DNA of 64,000 nt from Candidatus Limnocylindrus sp. (GCA_040397175.1 JBBAWM010000002.1:64001-128000), one strand, 5' to 3'; shown: positions 20,548-30,596, numbered from the stretch's first letter. The notes: a model not told the origin generated them from the letters alone. Made by a program: numbers and translations.

Positions 20548-20898
20548 CTAGGCGCGCTTCGCTGCGACCGCGACCGCCGTGAATGCCGCGGCATCGCGAA
20601 CAGCGAGGTCGGCCAACATCTTGCGGTCAATCGCAATGTTATTGCGCTTGAGGCCGGCGATGAATTGTGAATACGAGATGCCGTTGAGGCGCGCTGCCGC
20701 GTTCACGCGGTGAATCCACAGCTCGCGCATCTGTCGCTTGCGCTGCTGTCGGTCTCGAGTTGCGTAGGCAAGGGCGTGAAGAAGGGCCTCGCGCGCTGGA
20801 CGAATCAGCTTGCTGCGTGTGCCACGTCGACCCTCAGCAGCCTGAAGCAGGCGCTTATGGCGCTTGTGACCGGCAACTCCGCGCTTGACTCGTGCCAT
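20548..20898 (-). CDS. rplT: 50S ribosomal protein L20
   Basis: [30 protein letters not shown]. Confidence 0.98.
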   Translation of the reverse strand: MARVKRGVAGHKRHKRLLQAAEGRRGTRSKLIRPAREALLHALAYATRDRQQRKRQMRELWIHRVNAAARLNGISYSQFIAGLKRNNIAIDRKMLADLAVRDAAAFTAVAVAAKRA

Positions 20899-20920
20899 CT
20901 TCTACTCCTCTCGTTGCCGC

Positions 20921-21121
20921 TCAGCCGCCGTACGGCAGCAGGCGGGAAATCTGATTCTTGTGGGTCACGCCGAGAACAGCCTTGCCGGCGTAGCGGCGGA
21001 TACGTCGGGACGACTTGATTTCAAGGTGGTGGCCACGCCACGACTTCACGCGGATCGGCTTCCCCGAGCCGGTGAATCCGATGCGCTTCTGCGCGCCCTT
21101 GTGCGTCTTCATCTTTGGCAT
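20921..21121 (-). CDS. rpmI: 50S ribosomal protein L35
   Basis: MPKMKTHKGAQKR, TGSGK; located between infC and rplT. Confidence 0.97.
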   Translation of the reverse strand: MPKMKTHKGAQKRIGFTGSGKPIRVKSWRGHHLEIKSSRRIRRYAGKAVLGVTHKNQISRLLPYGG

Positions 21122-21123
21122 GG

Positions 21124-21699
21124 TTACTCCCCTTCGAGGGCTGGTACGGCCGGCTCATCGGTGCCGGGTGCCGGGGCCGTCTGGCCCTTCTGTCGGGGTA
21201 ATGCTACCAGTTGGATCGAGAGGAAGCGTCCCTCGAGGAGGGAGGGGCGTTCGAGCTGGGCCACATCGGCCAATCCCTGCACAACCCGGTCCAGGATTGC
21301 CCGCCCAATCTCGGGGTGGGTCATCTCGCGACCGCGGAACTTGACCGAGAATTTCACCCGGTCGCCCCCAGAAAGGAATTTATGGGCCTGGCGGATCTTG
21401 GTCTGGAGGTCGGCATCTCCGATCTTTGGGGTGCAGCGAAGCTCCTTCAAATCGGCAGTTTTCTGGCGTTTGCGAGCGTCCTGCTCCTTCTTCTGTGCCT
21501 CGTACTTGAACTTGCCGTAGTCGAGGTACTTGCAAACAGGGGGTGCTGAGGTTGGAGCGATCTCTACGAGGTCTAGGCCGCGCTCCTGTGCCTGGCGCAG
21601 GGCTTCGGGGGTAGCGAGGACGCCAAGCTGGTTCCCCTCCTCATCCAGAACGCGCACCTGCGGAACGCGGATCTGGGTATTGATGCGTAGATCCTTAAT
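21124..21699 (-). CDS. infC: Translation initiation factor IF-3, ATT start
   Basis: Frame extends upstream as IKDLRINTQIRVPQVRV to ATT at 21699 behind GAGGG; LDLVEIAP, DYGKFKYE, FRGRE. ATT starts are well known for infC. Confidence 0.95.
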   Translation of the reverse strand: MKDLRINTQIRVPQVRVLDEEGNQLGVLATPEALRQAQERGLDLVEIAPTSAPPVCKYLDYGKFKYEAQKKEQDARKRQKTADLKELRCTPKIGDADLQTKIRQAHKFLSGGDRVKFSVKFRGREMTHPEIGRAILDRVVQGLADVAQLERPSLLEGRFLSIQLVALPRQKGQTAPAPGTDEPAVPALEGE

Positions 21700-21772
21700 C
21701 GGTCAGACCCTCACGATCATCAGCCTTGGGCCCGAGGACAGCGTCCTTGCGGGGGTAGCGAGCGTAGCACCC

Positions 21773-23614
21773 TCACGGGGTGCGAGCAGCCGCGCGAGCG
21801 GCGAGGGTGGCGGCGAGGGCCTCCCAGGTGGTAGCCGGTTCCTGGGTGCCATCGCGCCAGCGCGGCGCCGCCCCACCAGCCTCGATCTCCTTGTCGCCCA
21901 CCACCAGCATGAGTGGCACCTTCTGCTCTTGCGCCAACCGGATCTTGTTCTGCATCCGGTTGGAAGAGTCGTCGATGCTGACGCGAATGCCGGCGGCTCG
22001 CAGCAGCGCCGCACCCGCCGTCACGAATTCGAGGTGGCGGTCAGCAATCGGAATAATCACAACCTGCTCGGGGGCCAACCAGAATGGGAATGCGCCCGCA
22101 TAGTGCTCAACCAGGATGCCAATGAAACGCTCGAGCGAACCGTAGATCGCACGATGGATGGCGATGGGGCGCACCCGCTCCCCCGCCTCGTCGGTATACG
22201 TGAGGTCGAAGCGCTCTGGGAGCATCACAAGATCAACCTGCACCGTTGCCGTCTGCCACTCACGTCCGAGCGCGTCGCGAACGATGATGTCGATCTTCGG
22301 CGCATAGAACGCCCCGTCACCAGCGTTGAGGCGCCACTTTGCGCCAGAGTCGCGCAGCGCCTTCTCGATCATCGACTCCGCCTTCTCCCAGAGCTTCGGA
22401 TCGCCGAGCGCCTTCGCAGGCTTCGTCGAGAAGACGAACTCCACTGGGAGATCGAACCAGGCGTAGACCTCCCGCACCTCTTCGAGGAGCGCGGCAACTT
22501 CCGATTCAATCTGATCTGGGCGCACGTAGATATGTCCATCGTCTTGGATGAAGTGTCGTACGCGCGTCAAGCCGCTGAGCGTGCCAGACAGTTCATTTCG
22601 ATGGAGTCGGCCATATTCGGAGAGCCGGAGCGGCAGATCGCGGTAGCTGCGCGTACGCGTGCGATAGATCACCGTGCTCTCAGGGCAGTTCATCGGCTTG
22701 AGGCTGAACTCTTCACCTTCGGATTCGATGATGAACATGTTGTCGCGATAGAGATCCCAGTGGCCGGACTGCTCCCAAAGGTTTTTGCTGACGACGATCG
22801 GCGTGGAGATCTCTTGATAGCCGCGCCGCTCTTGCATTTCGCGCATCGCACCTTCGAGCGTGCGCCAGAGGCGCTGCCCCTTCGGATGCCAGAAGGCGCT
22901 GCCGGGCGAGACATCGTGGAACGAGAAGAGATCAAGTGCGACCCCGAGCTTGCGATGATCCCGCTTGCGCGCCTCATCGCGACGCCACAGGTACTGGTCG
23001 AGCTGCTCCTGCGTCTCCCACGCGGTGCCGTAGATGCGCTGCAACATCGGCCGATCGTTCTTGCCGCGCCAGTAGGCCCCAGCGATCGAGAGCAGCTTGA
23101 ACGGACCGATCTTCCCCGTGCTCTCTACATGCGGCCCCCGGCAGAGATCTTGGAATTCGCCGTGCTGGTAGGTGGTGACGTTCGGGGCAACCTTCCCCTC
23201 GCCTGCGGCAGCTTTGGCAAGGTCGTCCATGATCTCGATCTTGAAGATCTGATCTGCACGAACCAGCAGAGCGCGCTCGTCGTCAAAGGTGTGCTCGGCG
23301 AGCGTGAACGTATGGTTTGCGGCGATGCTCTTGGCCATCTCTGCCTCAATGGCGGCGAGATCGTCCGGGGTGAGTGCACGCTCCAAGAGGAAGTCGTAGT
23401 AGAACCCGTCGGTAATCGCAGGGCCGATGCCCAGCTTTGCGCTGGGGAAGAGGCGCAACACCGCCTCGGCCATGACATGGGCGGCGGAGTGGCGCATTCG
23501 GCTGAGGATGTCGCTGGCGCCCGCATCGAGAAGCTCCTCGGCGGAGCCACGCGCGGGGGCTTCGAGGATCTCGTCGACCTCGACGACCTCTGCTCCGGCT
23601 GCCTCTTCTGCCAT
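21773..23614 (-). CDS. thrS: Threonine--tRNA ligase (no obvious N-terminal TGS domain)
   Basis: RHSAAHVMA, DLCRGPHV, RDHRKLG, KPMNCP, HRAIYGSLERF. Confidence 0.98.
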   Translation of the reverse strand: MAEEAAGAEVVEVDEILEAPARGSAEELLDAGASDILSRMRHSAAHVMAEAVLRLFPSAKLGIGPAITDGFYYDFLLERALTPDDLAAIEAEMAKSIAANHTFTLAEHTFDDERALLVRADQIFKIEIMDDLAKAAAGEGKVAPNVTTYQHGEFQDLCRGPHVESTGKIGPFKLLSIAGAYWRGKNDRPMLQRIYGTAWETQEQLDQYLWRRDEARKRDHRKLGVALDLFSFHDVSPGSAFWHPKGQRLWRTLEGAMREMQERRGYQEISTPIVVSKNLWEQSGHWDLYRDNMFIIESEGEEFSLKPMNCPESTVIYRTRTRSYRDLPLRLSEYGRLHRNELSGTLSGLTRVRHFIQDDGHIYVRPDQIESEVAALLEEVREVYAWFDLPVEFVFSTKPAKALGDPKLWEKAESMIEKALRDSGAKWRLNAGDGAFYAPKIDIIVRDALGREWQTATVQVDLVMLPERFDLTYTDEAGERVRPIAIHRAIYGSLERFIGILVEHYAGAFPFWLAPEQVVIIPIADRHLEFVTAGAALLRAAGIRVSIDDSSNRMQNKIRLAQEQKVPLMLVVGDKEIEAGGAAPRWRDGTQEPATTWEALAATLAARAAARTP

Positions 23615-23645
23615 CCCTTGGACCCCTCTCCGCACCATGCGGTAC

Positions 23646-23722
23646 TGGTGGGCGGTACAGGACTCGAACCTGTGACCTCAGCCATGTCAAGGCTGCGCTC
23701 TAACCAACTGAGCTAACCGCCC
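23646..23722 (-). tRNA. tRNA-Val(GAC)
   Basis: GGGCGGTTAGCTCAGTTGGTTAGAGCG-CAGCC-TTGACAT-GGCTG...GGTTCGAGTCC...CCA cloverleaf. Confidence 0.97.
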
Positions 23723-23756
23723 AAGGAGCCAGAGGATAGCCGATACACTCCCTCGC

Positions 23757-24662
23757 ATGATCGACCGAGCGTACCGAGCCACCCCGACCCCGCTGATCGT
23801 CTGTGTCGGCGACCTGATCGACGAGATCGCCGTGCGCCTTGACGCGCCGTGGCATCGCGGCTCTGACGCCGCGGCGCAGATCACACGCCGTCGCGGTGGG
23901 AGCGCCGCCAACGTTGCCGTGGCAGCGGTGGCCTCTGGGGGCGCGGCGCGATTCATTGGTGCCGTTGGCGACGACGCGACCGCGGAGGCCCTTGAGGCGG
24001 CCCTCCTCCGCGCTGGGGTGGAGCCGCTCCTGCAGCGCGGTGGTCGCAGCGCCAGCATCGTGGTGGTCGTTGAGCCTGACGGCGAACGAACCATGCTCCC
24101 CGACCGCGCCGCGGCGCTCACCCTCCGTGACCCAGGCCCAGCGGCGCTTGCTGGCGGATCGTGGTTGCACGCCCCCGCCTACTCGCTCTTCGGTGAGCCG
24201 CTCGGCACAACCACTGCGCGGCTCTTCGAGCAGGCCCACGCCGCAGGTATTCCAACCTCGCTGGACGCCTCATCGGTTGGTGCCCTGAGCGCTTGGGGGG
24301 CCGAGGAGAGTCGCCGCCGCCTTGCCGAGCTCACCCCCACCCTCTTGTTCGCCAACGAAGAGGAGTGCACCTACCTCGATCTCGTTGATCGCCCACTACC
24401 GGAAACGATCCTCATTGCGAAACATGGCGCAGGGATCGCCGAGGTGCGCACGTCGCGCGGTGGGCAGGTCGCCGCCCTCCCCGCGCATCCACTTCCAATA
24501 GGCATCGACAGCACCGGTGCAGGCGACGCGTTTGCCGGTGGCCTCCTCGTTGCGCGTGCACGCAACGAATCGTGGGAGGATGCGTTAGCGGCCGGTCACG
24601 CCGCTGCCGCACAACATCTGCAGCGACAGGCAGCCAAAAGCGACGAGAGGGGGGTTTCGTGA
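23757..24662 (+). CDS. PfkB family kinase, probable pseudouridine kinase
   Basis: GGSAANVA, DGERTML, ANEEE, DSTGAGDAF; overlaps psuG at GTGA. Confidence 0.85.
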   Translation: MIDRAYRATPTPLIVCVGDLIDEIAVRLDAPWHRGSDAAAQITRRRGGSAANVAVAAVASGGAARFIGAVGDDATAEALEAALLRAGVEPLLQRGGRSASIVVVVEPDGERTMLPDRAAALTLRDPGPAALAGGSWLHAPAYSLFGEPLGTTTARLFEQAHAAGIPTSLDASSVGALSAWGAEESRRRLAELTPTLLFANEEECTYLDLVDRPLPETILIAKHGAGIAEVRTSRGGQVAALPAHPLPIGIDSTGAGDAFAGGLLVARARNESWEDALAAGHAAAAQHLQRQAAKSDERGVS

Positions 24663-25561
24663 AGATTCAGATGTCCGCTGAAGTAGCAGCCGCATTAGCT
24701 TCCGGCACGCCGGTCGTGGCACTGGAATCGACCATCACCTCGAAGATGGGCCTCCCTGCTCCCTACAATCGTGCGTGCTTCGATCGGGTGAACGCAGCGA
24801 TCCGTTCTACTGGTGCAGTCCCCGCCGTCACCGCCCTCATCGATGGTGAGCTGTGGGCCGGCATTGAACCCCACCATGAGGCACGCGTGCTTGCCGCTGA
24901 CGAGAAGCTCGCCGAACGCGATCTACCCGTTGCCATGGCGGCAAAGCGCACGGGGGTAACCACGGTTTCTGCAACGGTCACCATCGCTGGGCTCGCCGGC
25001 ATTGGCGTCTTTGCTACGGGAGGTATCGGCGGAGTACATCGCGGCGCTGAGATGAGCTTCGATGTCTCTTCGGATCTCGGTGCGATGGCACGTCATCCCG
25101 TCATCGTGGTGAGCGCGGGCGCGAAAGCGTTCCTCGATCTTCCAAAAACCCTTGAGGTACTGGAAACCCTGAGTGTGCCGGTGATCGGCTACCAGACCGA
25201 TTCCTTTCCAGCCTTCTGGAGTCGAAGTAGCGGCCTCCCACTGAACCATCGGGTCGAAAGTGCGGCGGAGATCGCCGCGATTGCCATCGCAAACGCTGCA
25301 CTCGGTTGGCCCGGCGGCATGCTGGTGGCGAATCCGATCCCACACGACGCCGAGATTCCCGCGTCTGACATCGCCGACGCCATTGCGGCGGGGCTTGCGG
25401 CGGCGGAGCAGGCTGGTGCTACCGGCCCGAAAGCAACACCGAAGATCTTGGCTGCGATCGCGGCGGCCACAGATTCCCGCTCAATTCCCGCGAACCTTGC
25501 ACTTGCGGAGTCCAACGCCCGACTTGCCGGCGAAATCGCGGCGGCGCTGCTGCGCGCCTGA
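24659..25561 (+). CDS. psuG: Pseudouridine-5'-phosphate glycosidase
   Basis: PVVALESTI, TTVSAT, FATGGIGGVHRG, DVSSDL, SAGAKAFLD; GTG 24659. Confidence 0.93.
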   Translation: MKIQMSAEVAAALASGTPVVALESTITSKMGLPAPYNRACFDRVNAAIRSTGAVPAVTALIDGELWAGIEPHHEARVLAADEKLAERDLPVAMAAKRTGVTTVSATVTIAGLAGIGVFATGGIGGVHRGAEMSFDVSSDLGAMARHPVIVVSAGAKAFLDLPKTLEVLETLSVPVIGYQTDSFPAFWSRSSGLPLNHRVESAAEIAAIAIANAALGWPGGMLVANPIPHDAEIPASDIADAIAAGLAAAEQAGATGPKATPKILAAIAAATDSRSIPANLALAESNARLAGEIAAALLRA

Positions 25562-25574
25562 GCTAAGCCCAGCG

Positions 25575-26915
25575 CTACGCGCGAGCGGGCCGCCGGGGAC
25601 CGCGAACGATCGACGCGATCGCCACAACAACGATCACCACTCCCACGCCAAGGAGCGTGGTCGTTGCCCCGACCGCGTCAGCGATGGGGCCGACGGCGAT
25701 GATTGGCACAAAACTCCCCAGGCTGACAAGCATGTTTAAGACGCCGAACACTCGCCCGCGCACCTCCTCTGGTAGCTCCTCTTGGAGCGCGGTTTGCGAG
25801 GGGATGGCCACCAGTCCGTACGAGGCGCCGGCAAAGTAGGCGACAATGATCACCGTCGCGAGCGCCGAAGCCCCGGAATCGATCGGGAGCTCACCCAAGA
25901 GCTTGGCACCATCGGAGATGGCCAGGCTGATCGGTACGGCCAGCGCGAGTAGTGCCAGCCCCGCACCGACGCCGAGGAGCCCGCCCTCAATCAGGCGGCG
26001 CCGCGATAAGGTCGAACCCCAGCTGTTAAGCGCCAGGATCCCGGTCACAACGCCGAGTCCGATCGGCAAGACGACCAGCCAAAAGTCGCGAGCATCGAGT
26101 CCGAGGGCGTCATGCACGTAGTCGGGGCCGAGCACTCCCATCACCCCCACAACGCTAGCGGCAATGGAGAGATAGGCCAATGACCAGAGCACGGAACTGT
26201 GCCGCCAAATGAAACGAAGCCCTTCCATCAACTCGCTCGTGGTGGTACGCGTCGCGCGCGTGGTGTTCGAGCGTAGGTTGCCGTCCGCTCTGGAAGCGGG
26301 CGACGATGGGAGTCCGAAACAGAGGAGCCCGGCCAGCAAGAAGAGCGACGCAACGAGGACGATCGCCGCCTCCGGCCCCGCAATGCGCACCACCGCCGGA
26401 CCCAGGAGGGCGAATCCAAGGGCGAACGCCGCGTTCAGGGTGAAGGTGAAGAGTCCGTTTGCGGAGGTGAGCTGATCGCGCCGCACAAGGAGTGGGATCA
26501 TCGCAAGTTCCGCAGGGGCGAACAGTGTGGTCATGATGCTGGCCAAGATATTCAGGAGCAGGACAAGGCCGAGCGAATCGACGCTCCCAATCATGAGGAA
26601 GAATGCACCCGCACGCGTCAGGTTGGCGACGATCAAGACCAATCGCTTGTCGAGACGATCAACCCACACCCCTGCAATCGGCGAGAGGAGGACTGCTGGC
26701 ACCAAGAAGCTGAGGAAGAGGGCACTGAGCGCCGAGGTTGAGCCGCTCCGTTCAGCAACGAGCACCGTGAGTCCGTACAGCACCACATTGCCGCCGATCT
26801 GTGTGAAGAGCTGTGCAATCCACAGGCGCAGGAAGGCTCCGTTCCGCAACACGCCAACGTCGGGGGGCTGCTGAAAATCCGGGATCTCCTTCTGGATCTG
26901 TGCCCCTTCGCCCAT
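25575..26915 (-). CDS. MFS transporter
   Basis: About 12 TM helices, motif A (GVWVDRLDKR), LQEELPEEVRGRVFG; start ATG 26915 with GGAGG RBS. Confidence 0.9.
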   Translation of the reverse strand: MGEGAQIQKEIPDFQQPPDVGVLRNGAFLRLWIAQLFTQIGGNVVLYGLTVLVAERSGSTSALSALFLSFLVPAVLLSPIAGVWVDRLDKRLVLIVANLTRAGAFFLMIGSVDSLGLVLLLNILASIMTTLFAPAELAMIPLLVRRDQLTSANGLFTFTLNAAFALGFALLGPAVVRIAGPEAAIVLVASLFLLAGLLCFGLPSSPASRADGNLRSNTTRATRTTTSELMEGLRFIWRHSSVLWSLAYLSIAASVVGVMGVLGPDYVHDALGLDARDFWLVVLPIGLGVVTGILALNSWGSTLSRRRLIEGGLLGVGAGLALLALAVPISLAISDGAKLLGELPIDSGASALATVIIVAYFAGASYGLVAIPSQTALQEELPEEVRGRVFGVLNMLVSLGSFVPIIAVGPIADAVGATTTLLGVGVVIVVVAIASIVRGPRRPARA

Positions 26916-26941
26916 CCTGCCCTCCCCTCCTGTGCGCTTCA

Positions 26942-27017
26942 TGGTGCCCCCGGCCGGAATCGAACCGACGACGCCCGCCTTAGGACGGCGGCGCTCTATC
27001 CACTGAGCTACAGGGGC
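26942..27017 (-). tRNA. tRNA-Arg(CCT)
   Basis: GCCCCTGTAGCTCAGTGGATAGAGCG-CCGCC-GTCCTAA-GGCGG...GGTTCGATTCC...CCA. Confidence 0.93.
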
Positions 27018-27058
27018 CCCCCGTAGGGTATCTGAACGCGGCGTGGGAGAATACCCGC

Positions 27059-27331
27059 ATGGAGCAGACCCTCATCACGCTCTACGGACGCCCAGGGTGC
27101 GAACTCTGCGAAAGCACAGAGATGATCGTGCGTGAACTCATCAGCAAAGGTGGCTCACGCCTTACGCTCAGCATCGTGAACATCGAGGAGGACCCGGCGG
27201 TGCATGCGCGGCTTCTTGAACAGATCCCCGCACTTGAGATTGAGGGGAAACTCCTACTGCTCGCCCTCAGCCCGATGCAGATCGAAGCACATCTGCGCAG
27301 CGCCCTAGGTCAGGTCGATGGAGAGCGTTAA
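27059..27331 (+). CDS. Glutaredoxin-like protein (DUF836-like)
   Basis: LYGRPGCELC CxxC motif; VNIEEDP...IP. Confidence 0.8.
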   Translation: MEQTLITLYGRPGCELCESTEMIVRELISKGGSRLTLSIVNIEEDPAVHARLLEQIPALEIEGKLLLLALSPMQIEAHLRSALGQVDGER

Positions 27332-28010
27332 CGCCCTCACGGCACTCCTCGCAGGTGCGCTCAGTTTCCTCTCGCCCTGCGTCCTCCCAATCGTCCCCGC
27401 CTATCTCGGTCGGCTCGCCGCGCTGAGCGCCGGCACATCACGCATGCGGCACGCCCTCCTCTTCACCTGTGGGTTTAGCGCGATCTTCATCGCCCTTGGT
27501 ATCAGCGCTGGATACGTCGGTGGAGCTGCCGGGCGACTCCTTCCCATCTTGCAGATTCCCGTGGGTATTGCGGTGACGATTGGTGGCCTCCACCTCGCTG
27601 GTCTCCTGCGTATTCCGCAACTCGATCGCATGCGTGCACCTGCGCCGATTCTGCGTGGTGGCTACCTCGGAAGCTTTCTGCTTGGCGCCGCCTTCGCGAT
27701 CGCCTGGACGCCCTGCATCGGCGTCGTCCTCGGTGCAATCCTCGGCATCGCGGCTGCTGGAAGCAACCCTGCTGGCGCCGCGCTCCTGCTGGCCCTCTAC
27801 AGTCTCGGACTCGCTCTCCCCTTCCTGGCCCTCGCCGCCGTGTCAGATCACAGCCCTGCGACACTGCAGCGAATCCTGAGCCGGCTCCGTGGCGGCACAC
27901 GCCTCGCTGGCATCGTTGGTGGACTGCTCGTCGCGGCCATTGGCGTACTGATTGCGACTGGCGGTCTCACGGTGCTTTCACGACTACTCCCAGGGCTCCG
28001 CGGGCTGTGA
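27318..28010 (+). CDS. ccdA: Cytochrome c biogenesis/redox membrane protein CcdA
   Basis: AGALSFLSPCVLP and WTPCIG motifs; about six TM helices. Confidence 0.92.
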   Translation: MESVNALTALLAGALSFLSPCVLPIVPAYLGRLAALSAGTSRMRHALLFTCGFSAIFIALGISAGYVGGAAGRLLPILQIPVGIAVTIGGLHLAGLLRIPQLDRMRAPAPILRGGYLGSFLLGAAFAIAWTPCIGVVLGAILGIAAAGSNPAGAALLLALYSLGLALPFLALAAVSDHSPATLQRILSRLRGGTRLAGIVGGLLVAAIGVLIATGGLTVLSRLLPGLRGL

Positions 28011-28594
28011 TCGGACCGTTTTCACGCCGCAGCATCGGAGCGATCGGGGTAGCGGCCGCTCTGCTCGCACTCCTCCTGCTGCTGTCACGAACGAATATCC
28101 CAACGGGAGCCACACCGCCGAGCGACCTCTACATCGTCGACCCGAACGCCGCGGGGATTGAGGTTGGCGCAACTTTCACAGTCCCTGCAGAGCAACCTGT
28201 CGCCGGTGGAGGTGTCTTTGCAGACGCACAGGCGGCACTACCCGCCCCACGACTGGTGATCGTTGACCTGTTTGCCACCTGGTGCCCGCCCTGCCAGCAG
28301 GAGACCCCCGTACTGCGCTCGCTCGCTGCGACGTACCGCGATCGCGGCCTTCAGGTGATTGGCATCTCCGTCGGTGAACTCTCGTCAACCGTTGCGGCGT
28401 ACGCAGAGCGCTATCAGCTCGGCTACCTACTCCTGGCCGACGTCAACAGCGAACTCTTTCGCTCCGCTGGCGCTGGTGGCATCCCAACGAAACTAATTCT
28501 CGATGCTAATGGGCGCGTCCTTCGTGTGGTGACAGGCCCACTAACGCGCGAAGCGGCTGTCGCACTGGTCGAGGAGCTGCTCCCTACTCGCTAA
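28007..28594 (+). CDS. TlpA/ResA-like membrane-anchored thiol-disulfide oxidoreductase
   Basis: N-terminal TM helix, FATWCPPC, GIPT. Confidence 0.88.
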   Translation: MIGPFSRRSIGAIGVAAALLALLLLLSRTNIPTGATPPSDLYIVDPNAAGIEVGATFTVPAEQPVAGGGVFADAQAALPAPRLVIVDLFATWCPPCQQETPVLRSLAATYRDRGLQVIGISVGELSSTVAAYAERYQLGYLLLADVNSELFRSAGAGGIPTKLILDANGRVLRVVTGPLTREAAVALVEELLPTR

Positions 28595-29420
28595 CGAACC
28601 GGAAGCGATCACGGTCTGCCACGATGCGGCCGACGGGCGTCTGTACCTCGTGACTCATGACGACCAACCACTCGCCCGCCGCCGCCTCAGCAAAGATGGA
28701 AGCCTTCGCGTCAACAGAGACCCACGCCTCATCGTCGTAGGCGGTCACCCAGCGTGGGTTCGCCTGCCAAGGGCGCATGAAGAGGTCTCCGAGAAAGAGG
28801 AGGGTGCGCTCGCGCCCGCGCACAATCGTGGCTTGGGAGCCTGGTGTGTGCCCGCCAAGCCGACGCAGCGTGATCGTTGGGGTGAGCTCCAGCGTGCCGT
28901 CGAATGAGCGCGGCGCTGTGGCGCCAAACAGTCGCGTCAGACCGGCAACGTCGTAGGCAGCGCGTGCACGAAGCGACCCACTCGCCACCGCCGCGATCTC
29001 GCGCTCGGGGGCAACGATCTGGGCGAGGGGGAACGCCGCCTCGCCGCGCTGATCGACAAGGCCGCCGGCGTGATCGCGGTGGAGGTGGCTCGGCACAATG
29101 CTGGCGATGCGCTCCACATCGATTCCAGCACCGACCAACGCGTCACGGGCCGAACACGAATCAGTATCGGCATCGCGCACCTGCATGCCCGCTGGCACCG
29201 CACCAGTTTCTAGAAGGACCCCGCCCGTTACGTCGCTGATGTGCAAAATGTTGAGCGCCTGTAAGAGGCGGGATCGTGGATCAAGTTCGTTCGCAACAAG
29301 CGGCGCCCAGGTCTCCTGGGGTACGGGGCCGAAGATTGCCCCAGCATCACTCCAGAAGGTGCCGATGCGAAGGATGTCGACCGTTATCCCCCCGAGTTCA
29401 ATGCTGCGGCGTTCAGTCAC
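28584..29420 (-). CDS. MBL-fold metallo-hydrolase, YtnP-like
   Basis: DAGAIFGPVP..W, SHLHRDHAGG, GHTPG, GDL; start GTG 29420. Confidence 0.85.
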   Translation of the reverse strand: MTERRSIELGGITVDILRIGTFWSDAGAIFGPVPQETWAPLVANELDPRSRLLQALNILHISDVTGGVLLETGAVPAGMQVRDADTDSCSARDALVGAGIDVERIASIVPSHLHRDHAGGLVDQRGEAAFPLAQIVAPEREIAAVASGSLRARAAYDVAGLTRLFGATAPRSFDGTLELTPTITLRRLGGHTPGSQATIVRGRERTLLFLGDLFMRPWQANPRWVTAYDDEAWVSVDAKASIFAEAAAGEWLVVMSHEVQTPVGRIVADRDRFRFVSE

Positions 29421-30027
29421 GGGGCTTGGTGACCCTTCCCCCGTCGCGCGCCTGCTGCTCACCGTCAAAGCCAACGTGCGCCGCGGAGGCGGTCGGTTCC
29501 GTTTGGCCCTGGTAGCGACTACGCAGCTCGCTACTGCCGTAGGGACGATCAACCTCTGACGACATGCGATGGAACGAGATCTGGCCGATGCGCATTCCGG
29601 GGTAGAGGGCAATCGGGAGGCGGGCCACATTTCCGAGTTCGAGCGTCAGGTTCCCGACCCAGCCTGGGTCAACGTAGCCGGCCGTTGAGTGAATCAGCAG
29701 GCCAAGTCGTCCGAGCGACGATTTGCCATCGAGTCGGCCGAGCAGCGAGCTCCCCAGCGAAATCTTCTCGCGCGTCTGACCGAGTACAAATTCGCCCGGG
29801 TGTAGCATGAACTGCTCCCCGTCACCGACGCGCTCAATCTCGGTGAGATCCGGCTGTTCTACGCGTGGATCAATGAAACCGTAGCGATTATTCCGAAAGA
29901 CGCGGAAGGTTCCGTCAAGGTGGAGGTCGACTGATGCTGGTTGCACATCAACAGCGTCAAATGGGGTGATCGCGATCTCACCTGCCGCGAGTGCCCTCAG
30001 GATGTCGCGGTCAGAGAGCACGCTCAT
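29413..30027 (-). CDS. dcd: dCTP deaminase
   Basis: LSDRDI, QPASVDL, GKSSLGRLGL, AGYVDPGW, YQGQ. Confidence 0.96.
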   Translation of the reverse strand: MSVLSDRDILRALAAGEIAITPFDAVDVQPASVDLHLDGTFRVFRNNRYGFIDPRVEQPDLTEIERVGDGEQFMLHPGEFVLGQTREKISLGSSLLGRLDGKSSLGRLGLLIHSTAGYVDPGWVGNLTLELGNVARLPIALYPGMRIGQISFHRMSSEVDRPYGSSELRSRYQGQTEPTASAAHVGFDGEQQARDGGRVTKPRD

Positions 30028-30527
30028 ACCTCGGCCTCCACAGTACGAATTCGACGTTTCCCCTTTCCTGCGCTCTTCTCGGTGAGCAGCTCATCGACTT
30101 CGCGCTTGAGTGTTTCGAGGTCTTCGAACGACTGGTAGACGCTCGCAAAGCGGATATACGCAATCTGATCAATCTCGCGGAGGGCCGCCATCGTGAGTGC
30201 GCCGATACGCGCAGAGGAGAGTTCCGTGGCACCGCTCGCACGAATCTGCGCCTCAATTGCCTCAACGGCACGCTCTGGGGCATCCACCGGCACCGGGCGA
30301 CGGGTAAGCGCGCGGCGCAGCCCTTCTAGGAGCTTCTGGGAGTCGTACTCTTGGCGCTCGCCAGAACGCTTCATCACATAGAGCTTGGCAAGCTCGGCGC
30401 GCTCATACGTGGTGACGCGTGTGCCGCAAATGCGACAGGCGCGGCGTCGGCGGATCACCGACCCGTCATCAAGGTCGCGCGAATCAACGACGCGCGTATC
30501 CGGTTCCTTACACGATGGGCAACGCAC
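30024..30527 (-). CDS. nrdR: Transcriptional repressor NrdR
   Basis: MRCPSC, VVDSR, IRRRRAC..C, TTYE, ATP cone, AYIRFASVY. Confidence 0.98.
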   Translation of the reverse strand: MRCPSCKEPDTRVVDSRDLDDGSVIRRRRACRICGTRVTTYERAELAKLYVMKRSGERQEYDSQKLLEGLRRALTRRPVPVDAPERAVEAIEAQIRASGATELSSARIGALTMAALREIDQIAYIRFASVYQSFEDLETLKREVDELLTEKSAGKGKRRIRTVEAEV

Positions 30528-30596
30528 CCTCGCTCCTCCTCACCTTCGCACCGCGCCAAGCGGAACCACCGCAGGTTGCGGTCGTTGAAAGAGTCT

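Noticed and set aside
21700-21772. L20 leader or T-box between thrS and infC
   Set aside because: Only about 70 bp with weak hairpins; no recognisable consensus
21530-23716. 728-aa plus-strand ORF
   Set aside because: Antisense shadow of thrS and tRNA-Val, typical of high-GC codon bias; no recognisable motifs
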